Made by a program: the position numbers and the translations under genes. The notes beneath the pieces are model-generated. The model was not told the DNA's origin. It did not search any database and was given only the letters and a program-made list of their open reading frames with translations. Source: a virus (taxonomy: Duplodnaviria; Caudoviricetes). Taken from it: DNA of 64,000 nucleotides. The DNA lies in IMG/VR virus record IMGVR_UViG_3300031996_000004, positions 5,931 through 69,930 of that record; one strand, given 5' to 3'. Below, in pieces: positions 1 to 10,223 of the stretch; positions within the stretch are counted from its first letter, which is position 1, and every line of letters starts with the position of its first letter.

Positions 1-1
1 G

Positions 2-190
2 CGGGCTGGGTGCATGCGCTGCAACACCCAGCGGATCGAGCTCTACCGGGTCCACAAGAACCGGCTGGAGCGGCTGAGCACGAAGTACGTCTACCCCGAG
101 GAGTACCACATCCGCGGGGCCAAGAGAGGCGACGACGTGGTCGGCAAGGCCCGCTTCGAGCAGTACCGTCGGTCCCAGCCGAAGGTATGA
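2..190 (+). CDS. Partial (5'-truncated) small phage protein with CxxC motif
   Basis: Frame 2 reads ...GCMRCNTQRIELYRVHKNRLERLSTKYVYPEEYHIRGAKRGDDVVGKARFEQYRRSQPKV*. Not in the supplied ORF track. The CxRCxTxR...YxYP pattern resembles small actinophage proteins. Confidence 0.6.
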   Translation, partial: RAGCMRCNTQRIELYRVHKNRLERLSTKYVYPEEYHIRGAKRGDDVVGKARFEQYRRSQPKV

Positions 191-325
191 GTATTGCCAC
201 AGTGGTACATCTGCTGTACCATTGCTGCAGGTAGGGAGGGGATAACCTCGCCTTGAGAGGCAGGAGAAACCCCGACCGAGAGACTTGGTAAGAAGCCGGT
301 TCGCCGGAGCCTCTGCCAAGAAGAG

Positions 326-360
326 AGCCTCATCAGCACTGTGCTGGTGGGGCTTTTGTT
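326..360 (+). terminator. Rho-independent terminator
   Basis: 13-bp stem agcctcatcagca / tgctggtggggct (with G-U pairs) followed by ttttgtt. Confidence 0.75.
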
Positions 361-383
361 ATGCCCGGACGAGAGGAGCCGGC

Positions 384-1367
384 ATGACAGCAACAGCGAT
401 CACGCTGGCCTACCGGCCACGTGGCGGTTCGTCCTGGGTCGACATCGACCCGCAGTCCGCGCACGGTGCGCGGCTGCTGCACGCCCTCGGACTGCAGGTA
501 GCAGCCGAGATTCATCCCACTGAGGAGAGGGAACTGATGACTACGACAGCCATCCGGCGGGAGAACATCACCGCCGTCGGCGCCCCCAAGGGCGCCACCA
601 GCAAGGAGCGGTTCGCTTTCGCGCTGCGTCTGCGCGAGCGGGCCGTGCTCATGGCCAACGGCCTGCTGGCCAAGCCGCTGGCGCTGGTCCGCAAGATGGT
701 CCACGCTCTGCACCTGGACACGGCCTGGGGCTGGGTCAAGAGCGGGCTGGCCTGGATGCGAGACAAGCTCTCGTGGGCCGGAGGACTGCTCGGCACCACC
801 GGGATGCTCGGGCTGGGCATGGTGGCCCTGTCGACCGGGCACGGTCGCACCGCCACCTCCTACGCGCTCAAGCCGGTCGGCTGGGCAGTGCGTGGGCTCG
901 GCTGGGGCCTGAACACCATCAAGTCCGGGCTGCGCCACCTGGGGCGTCCGGGCAACTGGGTCGCTGACCGCATCGAGGGCACCGAGAACTGGGTCGCCAC
1001 TCAGGCCGTCTCGCTCTACAAGGCCGCCGACAAGCGGATCGGCAAGTACCTGCAGGTCGGCTCCACGCCGATGCGTCTAGCCCGCCTCGGCGGTGTCCTG
1101 CTGCTCGCCCAGCGAGCCATCACCGCGTTCGCGCTGCCGATGCCGGTGACCTACCTGATCGCCGCTGCCACCGCCTTCTGGGGCGTCTACGACGTCGTCG
1201 ACCTTGGCATCAAGGTCGGGGAGAAGCGCGGCTGGCTCGAGGTCCGTCAGGACAAGGCCACCGGCGCCAAGAAGGCCACTGCGCACGCCAGTGCCACGGT
1301 GACCACCCCCGGCGCGCAGGCCGCTGCTCACCGCGGTGGCAGCCACCAGGGGCGTCGCGGCAACTGA
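384..1367 (+). CDS. Hypothetical membrane protein
   Basis: ATG at 384 (RBS gagaggag) or at 537 (RBS gaggagagg). Several hydrophobic segments (LLGTTGMLGLGMVAL; GGVLLLAQ...YLIAAATAFWGV). Confidence 0.65.
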   Translation: MTATAITLAYRPRGGSSWVDIDPQSAHGARLLHALGLQVAAEIHPTEERELMTTTAIRRENITAVGAPKGATSKERFAFALRLRERAVLMANGLLAKPLALVRKMVHALHLDTAWGWVKSGLAWMRDKLSWAGGLLGTTGMLGLGMVALSTGHGRTATSYALKPVGWAVRGLGWGLNTIKSGLRHLGRPGNWVADRIEGTENWVATQAVSLYKAADKRIGKYLQVGSTPMRLARLGGVLLLAQRAITAFALPMPVTYLIAAATAFWGVYDVVDLGIKVGEKRGWLEVRQDKATGAKKATAHASATVTTPGAQAAAHRGGSHQGRRGN

Positions 1368-1369
1368 GG

Positions 1370-2200
1370 ATGGGTATTTGGGAGGCCAGCCTGGCCGACC
1401 TGAGATCTATCGGCATCGAGGTCAGTTACGCCCAGCGTGACGTGATGGCTCGCGGAGGGGAGGTGCTGGTCATCCAGCACCTCCCCGAGGCGGGCTCGAA
1501 CTACTGCCAGTGCGGCGGGCATCACCCGCAGTTCGACGCAGACGGCAACAGGGTCATGGTCGCCGCGATCATGCAGACCTTCCCGGTCAGTGAGCCGTCG
1601 GTGGAGTTCCATCGCCCACCCGGGGTGGTCACCTATGGCGACCTGCTCGACCTCGAGGAGTACGAGCAGTGGCGGTTCTGGCCTTCGGTGGTCGGCAAGT
1701 ACGAAACGCTGATCGACTCCCTCAGCTTCTACGAGGCCGAGGAGGCGCCGGTGGTTCGTCGGATCTGGGACACCATCCCGGTGGCCGAGATCGGCCGTGA
1801 CGTGGCTGATGCCGTGGTGGCCGCCTGCGACTCAAGGGTCGGGCGGACCGTCTACGACCTGGTCGACCAGATGAACGGTTACCAGGAGTCCGGCGAGTAC
1901 TACCCGCTCTCTGAGCGGGGCTCGCGGTATGCCGACGAGCACTACTTCACCATCGTCGACGGACTGATCGCTGCTGGTTGGTGGTCGGCTGAAGAAGACG
2001 ACTGGACCACCGCCGCCAACGAGCTCATCGACTTTCCGCCGATGAGCGAGTTGCTGGTGCACGACCCGGTCACCCTGCGCGTCTGGGAAGACCTCGAGCG
2101 TGGCTCCTCCCTGGGAGCCTCCCGGGCGCTCGCCACCATTCGCAAGGGCGAGCGCAACCTCTACATGCACAGAGAAGGAGCCTACGAACCATGGTTCTGA
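1370..2200 (+). CDS. Hypothetical protein (acidic)
   Basis: 276 aa ORF tightly coupled to its neighbours, phage-like composition. Confidence 0.7.
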   Translation: MGIWEASLADLRSIGIEVSYAQRDVMARGGEVLVIQHLPEAGSNYCQCGGHHPQFDADGNRVMVAAIMQTFPVSEPSVEFHRPPGVVTYGDLLDLEEYEQWRFWPSVVGKYETLIDSLSFYEAEEAPVVRRIWDTIPVAEIGRDVADAVVAACDSRVGRTVYDLVDQMNGYQESGEYYPLSERGSRYADEHYFTIVDGLIAAGWWSAEEDDWTTAANELIDFPPMSELLVHDPVTLRVWEDLERGSSLGASRALATIRKGERNLYMHREGAYEPWF

Positions 2201-2460
2201 TCTTCGGAGCCGCGCTGGCCGCGGCCGCCGCGAAGTTCTTCTACAACCGGGCGCACGACAACCACCCCGCCGAGGCGGACCAGGTGGTCAAGTCGATGCG
2301 CCAGTCGACGTCGGTGCTTGGCGCCTTCGTCAGCGCAGTCGTGGCCGTGCTGGACGCGCTGCAGATGCTGACCCGTCCGCGCGGCATGGTTGCCGTGTCC
2401 GGCGGCGGGGCAGTGTCACCACCGTTCGGGTCCAACCGTGGCGGTGGGGATGAGGAGTGA
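2191..2460 (+). CDS. Small hypothetical protein, possibly membrane-associated
   Basis: 89 aa with hydrophobic N-terminus and middle; overlaps the upstream stop. Confidence 0.55.
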   Translation: MVLIFGAALAAAAAKFFYNRAHDNHPAEADQVVKSMRQSTSVLGAFVSAVVAVLDALQMLTRPRGMVAVSGGGAVSPPFGSNRGGGDEE

Positions 2461-2701
2461 CACCCTGCCGGTGCTGGACCGCGGGTGGGAGGCGATGCGT
2501 TTCGTCACCCGGGACCTTCCCGGCCCACTGGTAACCCGCTACGTCCAGCAGATGCAGGACATCGAGGAGTCGCTGCTGCATGTGGCCAGCAGCGATGTAG
2601 TCTCCGCCGAGGGACTGCAGGCGTTCTGCGAGGCGAGCATCGAACCGCGGATCCAGCAGATCTTGCGCTCCGTACAGGAGCTGAGGACCTCCTTGGGATG
2701 A
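2450..2701 (+). CDS. Hypothetical protein
   Basis: In-frame ATG at 2450 within ORF 2390..2701; last plus-strand gene before the terminator. Confidence 0.5.
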   Translation: MRSDTLPVLDRGWEAMRFVTRDLPGPLVTRYVQQMQDIEESLLHVASSDVVSAEGLQAFCEASIEPRIQQILRSVQELRTSLG

Positions 2702-2737
2702 AGGAGGACGGGCACAGACCGTGCCACGTCGTGATGT

Positions 2738-2787
2738 GCCCGTGCTGGGGCCCAACACGTTGGGGTGGGGGGCCCCGGTGGGCTTTT
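2738..2787 (+). terminator. Rho-independent terminator at the convergence of the early and late blocks
   Basis: GC-rich stem (gccc..ctggggccc / gggccccgg..gggc) followed by ttttt, located between convergent genes. Confidence 0.65.
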
Positions 2788-2803
2788 TGGCGTTTCTGGG
2801 GTC

Positions 2804-3178
2804 CTAGATGTCCAGCCCGAGCACGTACTGGTTGGCCGGCAGCACGTAGGAGCCGCCGGCGGGGTAGTTCATCGGCTCGATGAGCATGTCGGTGAACAGC
2901 AGCGTGCCGTTGAACTCGGCGTCGAAGCCGGCCACGCCGGCGACCTGCGTCCCGGGCACCAGGTTGCGCCAGACCACCCCGGCGTCCAGCGTCAGCGCGC
3001 GGGGCCCGGTGCGGGTCCAGCTGCCCAGCTGGCGGGCATAGACCCCACCGATGATCTCCACGGCCAGTGGGTCAGTGGCGGTGCGCGGATCTGCCGAGAC
3101 CAGTGCCAGCCACTTCTCGCGCGCCTCCATGTCGTCCATCCACTGCGAGAGCACCGTGGTGGAGAAGCTGCCGTTCAT
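2804..3178 (-). CDS. Last gene of the tail operon, putative minor tail protein
   Basis: ATGA overlap with the upstream tail gene; 124 aa. Confidence 0.6.
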   Translation of the reverse strand: MNGSFSTTVLSQWMDDMEAREKWLALVSADPRTATDPLAVEIIGGVYARQLGSWTRTGPRALTLDAGVVWRNLVPGTQVAGVAGFDAEFNGTLLFTDMLIEPMNYPAGGSYVLPANQYVLGLDI

Positions 3179-5394
3179 CAGACCCCGCTTCCTGGCTCGA
3201 CGCGCCAGATCCGGCCTACGAAGAAGACCTCCTGGGTGGCCTGGGCGTCGCAGTAGATCATGGCGTACAGCTGGCCCGCCTTGGCGGAGGTCTGGTTGCC
3301 CTCGGGCTTGTACGGGTCGATCCCGCTCGGCGCCTCAGACAGGTCGAAGGACCACTGCCCCTCATCGACCAGCAGCCCGGTGGCGGCATCGCCGGAGGAG
3401 TACTGCCCCGGCCAGTAGCCGGCCTTCTCGTAGAAGGTGCCGTAGGCGCGCACCAGCCCCACCGACTCCGTCGGGTGGGGGATGTTGGGGTTCGTGCGGG
3501 TGCCGTCGATCTGGTACGCCTCGAAGCCGTCGCGCACGAACGGGTAGTGCTGTCCGGGCAGGTAGGGCGCGAACATCGAGGCCTGCTCGGCGGGGATCAT
3601 CGGCATGGACTGCGGGTTGACCCCGCCCACGGTGTAGAAGCTGACGTGGAAGGGCACCTTGAGCACGTTGCCGTTCAGGTCGTAGGCGGCGATCTGCACC
3701 ATCCGGATCTGGCCGGCCTGCGCCATCCGGATCGGCACACCCACCCCGTCGCCGGACTCGGAGTGCTGGGTGATCCAGTTCAGGTCGGCGTTCGGCTTGG
3801 TCGGGCCCAGCCGCAGGTAGCAGTTGCGCCAGCGAGCGTCCTTGGGCGGGCGCTGGGTGGTCCACTGGGTCCAGGGGAACTCCAGGTCGTCGGGCATCCC
3901 GGCGAACAGCGGCACGGCGTTGAAGGCCGCGTTGGAGGGCAGGTAGCCGCTGCCCTCGGCGTAGGACCACGGGAAGAGCTGGTCGGGCACCGGTGGCTGG
4001 TACTGGCCGGCGATCAGCATCCTCGAGACTGCCAGAGAGTCGCGGCCGCGCAGTCGGACCTCCTCGACGGTCAGCGCGTCGCGGTACTTGGAGTCCACGG
4101 TCAGGGTGGTCTTGCCGGAGGCCAGGTTGGAGCTCGAGGCGCTGACGTGCAGCATGACGCCCTCGGGACGCCCGAACAGGTGCGGGACGTGCAGCTCCAT
4201 GCCGGCGCGGATCAGGTGCCGTGGGATGCGCTGGCCGTTGATCAGCGGGTCGGAGTCGAGGGTCACCTGACCGGTGACCCCGGGGTGGGCGAAGCGAGTG
4301 AGGTGCGCCCGGGCCACGATGGCTGCGTCGTCGGCCGACAGGCCGGCCTGCATCTGGACCAGCACCTCCTTCTCCATCACCGACTCGTCCAGCCAGCCGT
4401 TGTCGACCTTGGTCGGGTAGACCTGCCGAGCGGCGGCCAGCGGCTTGTACCGGGTGATCTGGCCATCGGCGCTGATCTGCATGCCGGTGTAGGCCACCCC
4501 GTTCAGCGCCGTGCCCTGCCCGTAGACCGTGGTCAGCGCCTGCTCCCAGTCCTCGGTCAGACTGATCTTGACGCCGGGGTCGGCCGGGTCGAGCTGCACT
4601 GTGGAGGCGCCAGGGGAGGTGGAGAAGTCCCGGTGGAAGAGCACCGGCTGGCGGCCCTTGAGGAAGTCCAGCGTCCAGCGGCCGCGCTCGGAGTACATCG
4701 CCGACAGCAGCGAGGCGATGTAGCTGGTCAGCACCGGGTCCCACTGGCCGGTCGAGCGGGTCAGCAGCCCGGACCACTTCTGGCCCTTGGACACCCCGGA
4801 GGGGACCAGGTAGGGCGGGCTGAACGGCGGCGGCGGCACGTAGGTCTGGGTCCACCAGTCCGGCCAGACCACGCGCAGCGGCTGCAGGCGCAGCGACAGC
4901 TTGTCCTGGAACTGGCGCGCGATCGCCCACTCGTATGGCATCGGCCGGGCCAGGTACTCCGGCTTGGCGATGAAGTTGTCCAGCTGCAGCCCGGCGCCCT
5001 TGATCTGGATGGTGGTGCCGCCGGAGTCCCAGGAGAAGGAGGTGATGTAGCCCTCCCAGCGCCACTGCGGCACGAAGCCGGCGGTGGTGGTGATCCCGAA
5101 CGGGTAGCCGTCCGGCAGCGTGCCGGTCCAGATGACGTCCACGTCGACGTGCTTGACCATCCAGTCCAGGTCGCCCACGCCGCGCTGGTCGAAGATCGTC
5201 ACGGACGGCACGTTCAGCGTCAGGGCCTGGGCGCCGAAGGGGTCGGCGAAGGAGAGCTCGCCGACCGTGATCGGCATGCCGCGGGTGATCGTGACGTCCC
5301 GGGCGGCCTTGCCGTACGGGTAGGCCACCACCCGCCAGTAGCCAGCCAGCGACTGCTCGGTCAGCGCGGCCTGTACCTCGCGCTGGCCGCTCAT
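3178..5394 (-). CDS. Minor tail protein (baseplate hub/Tal-like)
   Basis: Start MSGQREV at 5394 (ATGA overlap); position in the tail-tip cluster; 738 aa. Confidence 0.65.
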   Translation of the reverse strand: MSGQREVQAALTEQSLAGYWRVVAYPYGKAARDVTITRGMPITVGELSFADPFGAQALTLNVPSVTIFDQRGVGDLDWMVKHVDVDVIWTGTLPDGYPFGITTTAGFVPQWRWEGYITSFSWDSGGTTIQIKGAGLQLDNFIAKPEYLARPMPYEWAIARQFQDKLSLRLQPLRVVWPDWWTQTYVPPPPFSPPYLVPSGVSKGQKWSGLLTRSTGQWDPVLTSYIASLLSAMYSERGRWTLDFLKGRQPVLFHRDFSTSPGASTVQLDPADPGVKISLTEDWEQALTTVYGQGTALNGVAYTGMQISADGQITRYKPLAAARQVYPTKVDNGWLDESVMEKEVLVQMQAGLSADDAAIVARAHLTRFAHPGVTGQVTLDSDPLINGQRIPRHLIRAGMELHVPHLFGRPEGVMLHVSASSSNLASGKTTLTVDSKYRDALTVEEVRLRGRDSLAVSRMLIAGQYQPPVPDQLFPWSYAEGSGYLPSNAAFNAVPLFAGMPDDLEFPWTQWTTQRPPKDARWRNCYLRLGPTKPNADLNWITQHSESGDGVGVPIRMAQAGQIRMVQIAAYDLNGNVLKVPFHVSFYTVGGVNPQSMPMIPAEQASMFAPYLPGQHYPFVRDGFEAYQIDGTRTNPNIPHPTESVGLVRAYGTFYEKAGYWPGQYSSGDAATGLLVDEGQWSFDLSEAPSGIDPYKPEGNQTSAKAGQLYAMIYCDAQATQEVFFVGRIWRVEPGSGV

Positions 5395-8300
5395 CCGCTG
5401 ATCCGGTAGAGCGAGTCGAGCTTGGCAGCGGTGGTCCACATCTCCTGCGGACTCAGGCTCTTGTCGAACAGCGAGACCTCGAGCAGGTCCATATGGGCAA
5501 CCTCGTTCCCGGTGCCGAGCACCTCTGGGCGGCCAAGGTAGAACATCAGGTCCACCGCAGACAGCGACCGGTGCATGAAGGAGTGCGTGGTGGGCTTGTC
5601 GTCCAGCACCAGCAGGTGGCCGGCAGTGTCAGTCAGCGACACGATGAACACCGCCGGGCGCCCGTTGAGCACCAGCTGGTCGTTGGACATGCTGCCGCCG
5701 ACGCGCAGGTCGATCCGGTCGGACTCCATGGTCAGCCGCGGGGCGATGGTGGCTGTGGTCGGAGCGGACTCCAGGTGGGTCTCGAACAGATACGAGCGGG
5801 CCGCTGCCGGGTTGGCGTGCATGACCGCGACCATGGCGATGGTGACGCCGTCAGAGCCGCTCTGTGGCGCGTTCAGGGCGTCCAGCCAGGCATCCCCGGG
5901 GAAGACCAGCGCCGGGTGGCTCAGCTCCCCGCCACGGGCCGGGTGGGCGTAGCTGGGGTCCAGGTAGGGCGCGGTGTCGGCGTACATCTTCCAGGCGGGC
6001 CCTGCCGGGCCGACCGACGGCATCCACAGGCTCACCCCGGTGCCCAGATCGGTCCGGGGCACGATCGTCTCGGGCGAGGCCACCCAGCGCCAGTAGTTCT
6101 GGAACGGGCCGGTGCTCAGCGAGACCGACAGCGGGTCCTCCAGCGCGTCGCTGGTGGTGTAGGACAGCAGCTGGGCGCTCGAGGTCGCCGTGGCGCCCAG
6201 GGTGGGGGCCGCCTCGAGGTTGGGGCCGGAGGCGATGTACGGCTCGATGCTGAAGCCGGCGAAGAGCTGCTCGATCAGCGCAGAGACCTCGGCCGGCTCG
6301 GCGACCACCCGGACCCGCCCGGCGGCCCGGGCCCGGCCGGGGATGGCCGAGACCGGCACGTTGGTGGTCGGGTAGAGCCGGTAGGCGACCTCGTTGGACG
6401 TGCCGCCGGAGTGGACCATGTAGATCTGGTCGACCTGCATACCCTGGTCGGTGGTCGGCACGATGTACGAGGGCATCACCACCTCGACGATCTGGTGCTC
6501 CACGTTGGTCACCGGCGGCGTGGTGTCGGTCCCCTTGGCGATCATCCGGTCGTCGTCGTAGGCGTCCGGCTCGGTGGCCACCACCACGTGCCAGTCGGTG
6601 ATGCTCAGCTCGACGTCGGCGTAGGCGTAGTTCGGGCCCCAGTCGATCCAGACGTGTGCGTGGTAGTCGCCCTGCAGGGTGCCGAAGCCCTGCCCATAGA
6701 GCTGGGTGGAGTCGCCGCCGAAGCCGCGCTCGCGCCAGGGGAACCAGATGTGCGGGACCGGGATGGACTCGTCGACGTTCTCGTAGACGTAGTCCCAGGC
6801 TCCCTTCATCGGCGTGGCCTCGACCCCGACGTTCTCCGTCACGTACTCGGCCGCCCCGGCGTACGGGGTGGGCAGCAGCCCGACGTTCTCGTAGGAGTAC
6901 TCGGTGACGCCGGCGTAGGAGGTCTGCTGGACGCCGATGTTCTCGTAGACGTACTCCCAGGCCTTGCTCGAGGAGAGGTTGACCAGCACCGCGCGAGTGG
7001 CCGACCACTGTCCCCAGGAGTAGCCGTCGCCGACCCGGGCACGCCAGTAGTAGGGCTGGTTCTGGGTCAGCCCAACGCCTGGGGTGATCGACAGCGTGCC
7101 GCTGACCTGGTCCAGCAGCTCGGTGCTCCAATACATGCTGGTGAAGCCGGTGTCGGTGGCCAGCTGGAACTGCACCTTGAACGGGCTCGGGTCGCCGGCC
7201 ACGGCGATCCGGAAGGTCGGAGAGACGCTCGGCCAGATCTCGTTGCTGCTCGGGCTGATCGGGGTGGCCGTGAAGGCCGCCACCGCCAGCGAGGCGCTCA
7301 AGCGAAGCGGTGGCAGGTGCGTGGAGCCAGCGATGCGCAGCACGGTCTGCGGGCCGTCCAGGTCCACGATGGCGAAGTAGTCGTCGCGCACCACCAGCAG
7401 GCCCAGGTCGACCGCGCCACCAAGCGACAGCGAGACTGAGGTGCTCAGGCTCTCGTTGGCGCTGGCACTGCTGTTCGGGGTCTGGTTGGCCAGCATCACC
7501 GCCAGGGTGGTGAAGTCCTCGCTGGCGTGGCCGGGCAGCACCGCCGCCTTGCCCATAGTCATGCTCGAGCCGAAGTCGGAGCTCGTGCCTGCCACGCCCA
7601 GGTCGAGCATCACAGCGAAGACCATGGTGGGCGACGCCAGCCGCTCGTCGACCTGGGCGCTGGCGCGCCCAAGAGACTGGGTGAGCAGCGGCGTGCCAAC
7701 GCTGAGCGCCTCGCTGGCGCTGGCGACGCCCAAGCTCAGGGACACCTTCAGGAAGACGCTGGCCGACACGTCCTCGGCGGTGCCAGGCTTGTATACCGCT
7801 GCCACGATGTTGGCGGTGGGCGCGAGGTCATGGTGGGTGCTGGCAACACCGAGGCGGGTGAAGCTGCTGATGCTCGTTGTGGGCGCCAGGTCGTGTTGCG
7901 CGCTGGCGACACCGAGGCTGGTGAAGCTGCCGATGCTGGCGGTAGGCGCAAGGTCGTGTTGCGCTCTGGCGACACCGAGGTTGGTGTAGCTGGGACCGCT
8001 GCCGGGAACCGATCCGCCTGGCACCGCCAACCCATGCTCGGAGTTGAAGTAGGTGATGAGGTCGGCGGCCTCGGACGAGGTGGAGACACGGTCCCGGACC
8101 AACACCTCGGCGATGTACCCACCGTTGAATCCGATGCTCGCGGAGTTGCTGGCCAGCAGCCCGGACGTTCCCCACGCGACCCCTAGGCCGGCGGCCGAGG
8201 CCTGCAGGCTTCCGTCTAGCCACGCCTGCCAGGAGGATGCGCTGGCAGAGACGCGGTACAGGCGCCACGATGCGATGCTGACTGTCGGGGTGAAGCCCTG

Positions 8301-10220
8301 ACGCTTGTTGAGCGGAAGGCCGAAGTTCTCGTAGACCTTCCCGTCGCTGCCGAATGGGTAGAAGGGGTAGTCGTTGCCCCCAGCAGCAGGGCCGATGGAG
8401 CCGAAGGATCGGCTACTGCCATCGGTGACGCTCTTCAGGACGATCCACAGCTCCGCCTCGCCAGGAGCCGGAGTTCCCACAAGAGCAGGCGTGGTGAAGT
8501 GGGCGAAGTTGTCCGTGACCGTGAGCGCCTTGCCGCCCGATGGCGTGGAGCCCGCCGCGACGGTGGTGGCTGCGGCGTTGGTGCTGGACGCGTTGTTGCC
8601 CGCCCCAGATTGGTCGGTCCATGTGGAGACGCCTGTTCCGCCAGAGCCAAGGTCCTTGGCTCGCAGCCACAGCCGCTTGCCCGCCAGCGTGGACGGGTCA
8701 ATGGCGCCCGGCGCTATCTTGGACGCGGTCAGCACCTCGGTGTAGACCGTCTCGACCTGCGCAGGGGTGTTCGGGTTCTGGATGAGGATCTCGGCGAATA
8801 CCGTCTCGACCTGCGCAGGGGTGTTCGGGTTCTGGATGAGGGTCTCGGCGAAGACACTCTCCACCTGGGCGGCTGCGGCCGGGGCGCCCACCATTCCGGC
8901 GTTGAAGTGCGCGGTGACGCGTGACGCGGTCAGCGCAGAGGTGTAGAACGCCACCTCGTCGATCTGCCCGCTGAATGTGTTGCCCCAACTGGGGGAGTTA
9001 CCCAGCCGGTAGAAGTCGCCGATGTTGGCCGGCGCTGCCGCGCTGCTGGCGACTGCTCGGTTGGTCAGGGCGGCCGCTGCGCCGTCGATGTAGATGGCGA
9101 ACTGCGCTGGGACGATGTTGGACCCGGAGACGCCGCTCCAGACGGCGACGATGTGGTGCCAGAGACCGTCGTTGACTCGGGCCGTGGCAGTGCTGACGCC
9201 CTGGTAGAGGCCGTTGCCGTCGATCCCGAAGGAGACCTCACCTGCAGTACCGAAGCCTGCCGGGGTAGACCCCACGTTGAGGGTGAAGGAGTTGTAGGTC
9301 GTGCTGCGCCTGCTGCTGGCGATGACCTGACCACCGGTGCTGGTGGTGTTGATCCACGCCTCGATGCTGAACGAGGTCAGCGATCCTGGGGCGTAGCTCG
9401 TCTCGACGTACCCGCCGCCGAAGGTGGCGCAGGGTGTGATCGCAGGGCGTGCGGGGGCGGCCACCCCTGGCGTGATCGTGCCGGACGAGGTGCCGGTGCG
9501 CGTGTTGCCTGAGGAGTCGGCGAACGAGGTCCCGCTGGTCTCGCTGAACTGGTAGTACGCGGCCGGAGTGTCGGCCAGAACCTCCTGCGGATACGTCCTG
9601 GAGCCCACGACGACGGTGGTGATCAACAGGGTGTCGCTGGTCCCACCGGTGGTGCCTTGGACCTGGACGGTCTCGCTGGCTGTCGGCGTGCGCCACAGCT
9701 GGTAGTCGCGAGTCCACCCCTGGGAGAGTCCGACGTACTGGCTGGACCAGCCAGTGGTGGGCGAGACGGCGGTGAACGACGAGCCACCGTCGTCAAAGAT
9801 CGCGCCGACCGCGAAGACGAACTGTCCGCTGCCAACGCTGACCGGGGTGCTCTGTCGGGTGGTGCTTCCGGTTGGGGTGTTCTCCCCGGTAGCGGTGATG
9901 CTTCCGCTGGTACCTCTGATCAGGTACGCGCTCAGAAGCCCGCCATTGTCTGGCCCGGTGACGGTGACCGTGCCTGCAGTGGTCGGAGCAGCACCTTGCC
10001 AGATCTCGATGCAGCGCTCAGGGTTGATGCCGCCGCCAGTGGCGGCAACCCGTGACTGCCGGGTCCAGGTGGCGCCCAAGCCGGTAATCGAGCTGATCGT
10101 GTTGCTGCCGTACTGGTCGACGAAGACCAGTGCGACGACGTCTCCAGCTTGCGGAGTGGTTGCCAGCGTGACGGTCTTGCCAGCAGTCGCATCAACCCGC
10201 TCGATCAGCGAAGCGGTCAT
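5391..10220 (-). CDS. Large modular tail fibre / receptor-binding protein with LamG/ConA-like domains
   Basis: 1609 aa. LamG signature (SFSIEAWINT...NDGLWHHIVAV...AIYIDG...FSGQIDEVAFYTSALTASRVTAHF); second ConA-like unit (LWLRA...WTDQSGAGN...IAEVLV); internal repeats. Confidence 0.8.
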   Translation of the reverse strand: MTASLIERVDATAGKTVTLATTPQAGDVVALVFVDQYGSNTISSITGLGATWTRQSRVAATGGGINPERCIEIWQGAAPTTAGTVTVTGPDNGGLLSAYLIRGTSGSITATGENTPTGSTTRQSTPVSVGSGQFVFAVGAIFDDGGSSFTAVSPTTGWSSQYVGLSQGWTRDYQLWRTPTASETVQVQGTTGGTSDTLLITTVVVGSRTYPQEVLADTPAAYYQFSETSGTSFADSSGNTRTGTSSGTITPGVAAPARPAITPCATFGGGYVETSYAPGSLTSFSIEAWINTTSTGGQVIASSRRSTTYNSFTLNVGSTPAGFGTAGEVSFGIDGNGLYQGVSTATARVNDGLWHHIVAVWSGVSGSNIVPAQFAIYIDGAAAALTNRAVASSAAAPANIGDFYRLGNSPSWGNTFSGQIDEVAFYTSALTASRVTAHFNAGMVGAPAAAAQVESVFAETLIQNPNTPAQVETVFAEILIQNPNTPAQVETVYTEVLTASKIAPGAIDPSTLAGKRLWLRAKDLGSGGTGVSTWTDQSGAGNNASSTNAAATTVAAGSTPSGGKALTVTDNFAHFTTPALVGTPAPGEAELWIVLKSVTDGSSRSFGSIGPAAGGNDYPFYPFGSDGKVYENFGLPLNKRQGFTPTVSIASWRLYRVSASASSWQAWLDGSLQASAAGLGVAWGTSGLLASNSASIGFNGGYIAEVLVRDRVSTSSEAADLITYFNSEHGLAVPGGSVPGSGPSYTNLGVARAQHDLAPTASIGSFTSLGVASAQHDLAPTTSISSFTRLGVASTHHDLAPTANIVAAVYKPGTAEDVSASVFLKVSLSLGVASASEALSVGTPLLTQSLGRASAQVDERLASPTMVFAVMLDLGVAGTSSDFGSSMTMGKAAVLPGHASEDFTTLAVMLANQTPNSSASANESLSTSVSLSLGGAVDLGLLVVRDDYFAIVDLDGPQTVLRIAGSTHLPPLRLSASLAVAAFTATPISPSSNEIWPSVSPTFRIAVAGDPSPFKVQFQLATDTGFTSMYWSTELLDQVSGTLSITPGVGLTQNQPYYWRARVGDGYSWGQWSATRAVLVNLSSSKAWEYVYENIGVQQTSYAGVTEYSYENVGLLPTPYAGAAEYVTENVGVEATPMKGAWDYVYENVDESIPVPHIWFPWRERGFGGDSTQLYGQGFGTLQGDYHAHVWIDWGPNYAYADVELSITDWHVVVATEPDAYDDDRMIAKGTDTTPPVTNVEHQIVEVVMPSYIVPTTDQGMQVDQIYMVHSGGTSNEVAYRLYPTTNVPVSAIPGRARAAGRVRVVAEPAEVSALIEQLFAGFSIEPYIASGPNLEAAPTLGATATSSAQLLSYTTSDALEDPLSVSLSTGPFQNYWRWVASPETIVPRTDLGTGVSLWMPSVGPAGPAWKMYADTAPYLDPSYAHPARGGELSHPALVFPGDAWLDALNAPQSGSDGVTIAMVAVMHANPAAARSYLFETHLESAPTTATIAPRLTMESDRIDLRVGGSMSNDQLVLNGRPAVFIVSLTDTAGHLLVLDDKPTTHSFMHRSLSAVDLMFYLGRPEVLGTGNEVAHMDLLEVSLFDKSLSPQEMWTTAAKLDSLYRISG
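6772..6960 (-). repeat. Four YENVG-type peptide repeats in the RBP
   Basis: EYVYENIG / EYSYENVG / EYVTENVG / DYVYENVD. Confidence 0.7.
7812..7981 (-). repeat. Three ~63-bp (21 aa) tandem repeats in the RBP
   Basis: LGVARAQHDLAPTASIGSFTS / LGVASAQHDLAPTTSISSFTR / LGVASTHHDLAPTA. Confidence 0.8.
8746..8870 (-). repeat. 54-bp-period tandem repeat (AQVETVFAEILIQNPNTP)
   Basis: 42 bp identical at 8746-8787 and 8800-8841, plus a degenerate third copy. Confidence 0.85.
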
Positions 10221-10223
10221 GGG

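Noticed and set aside
7812-8870. Repeats in the RBP as a CRISPR array or DGR template/variable repeat pair
   Set aside because: They are in-frame coding repeats without unique spacers. No cas gene or reverse transcriptase is present, and there is no adenine-specific mismatch pattern.
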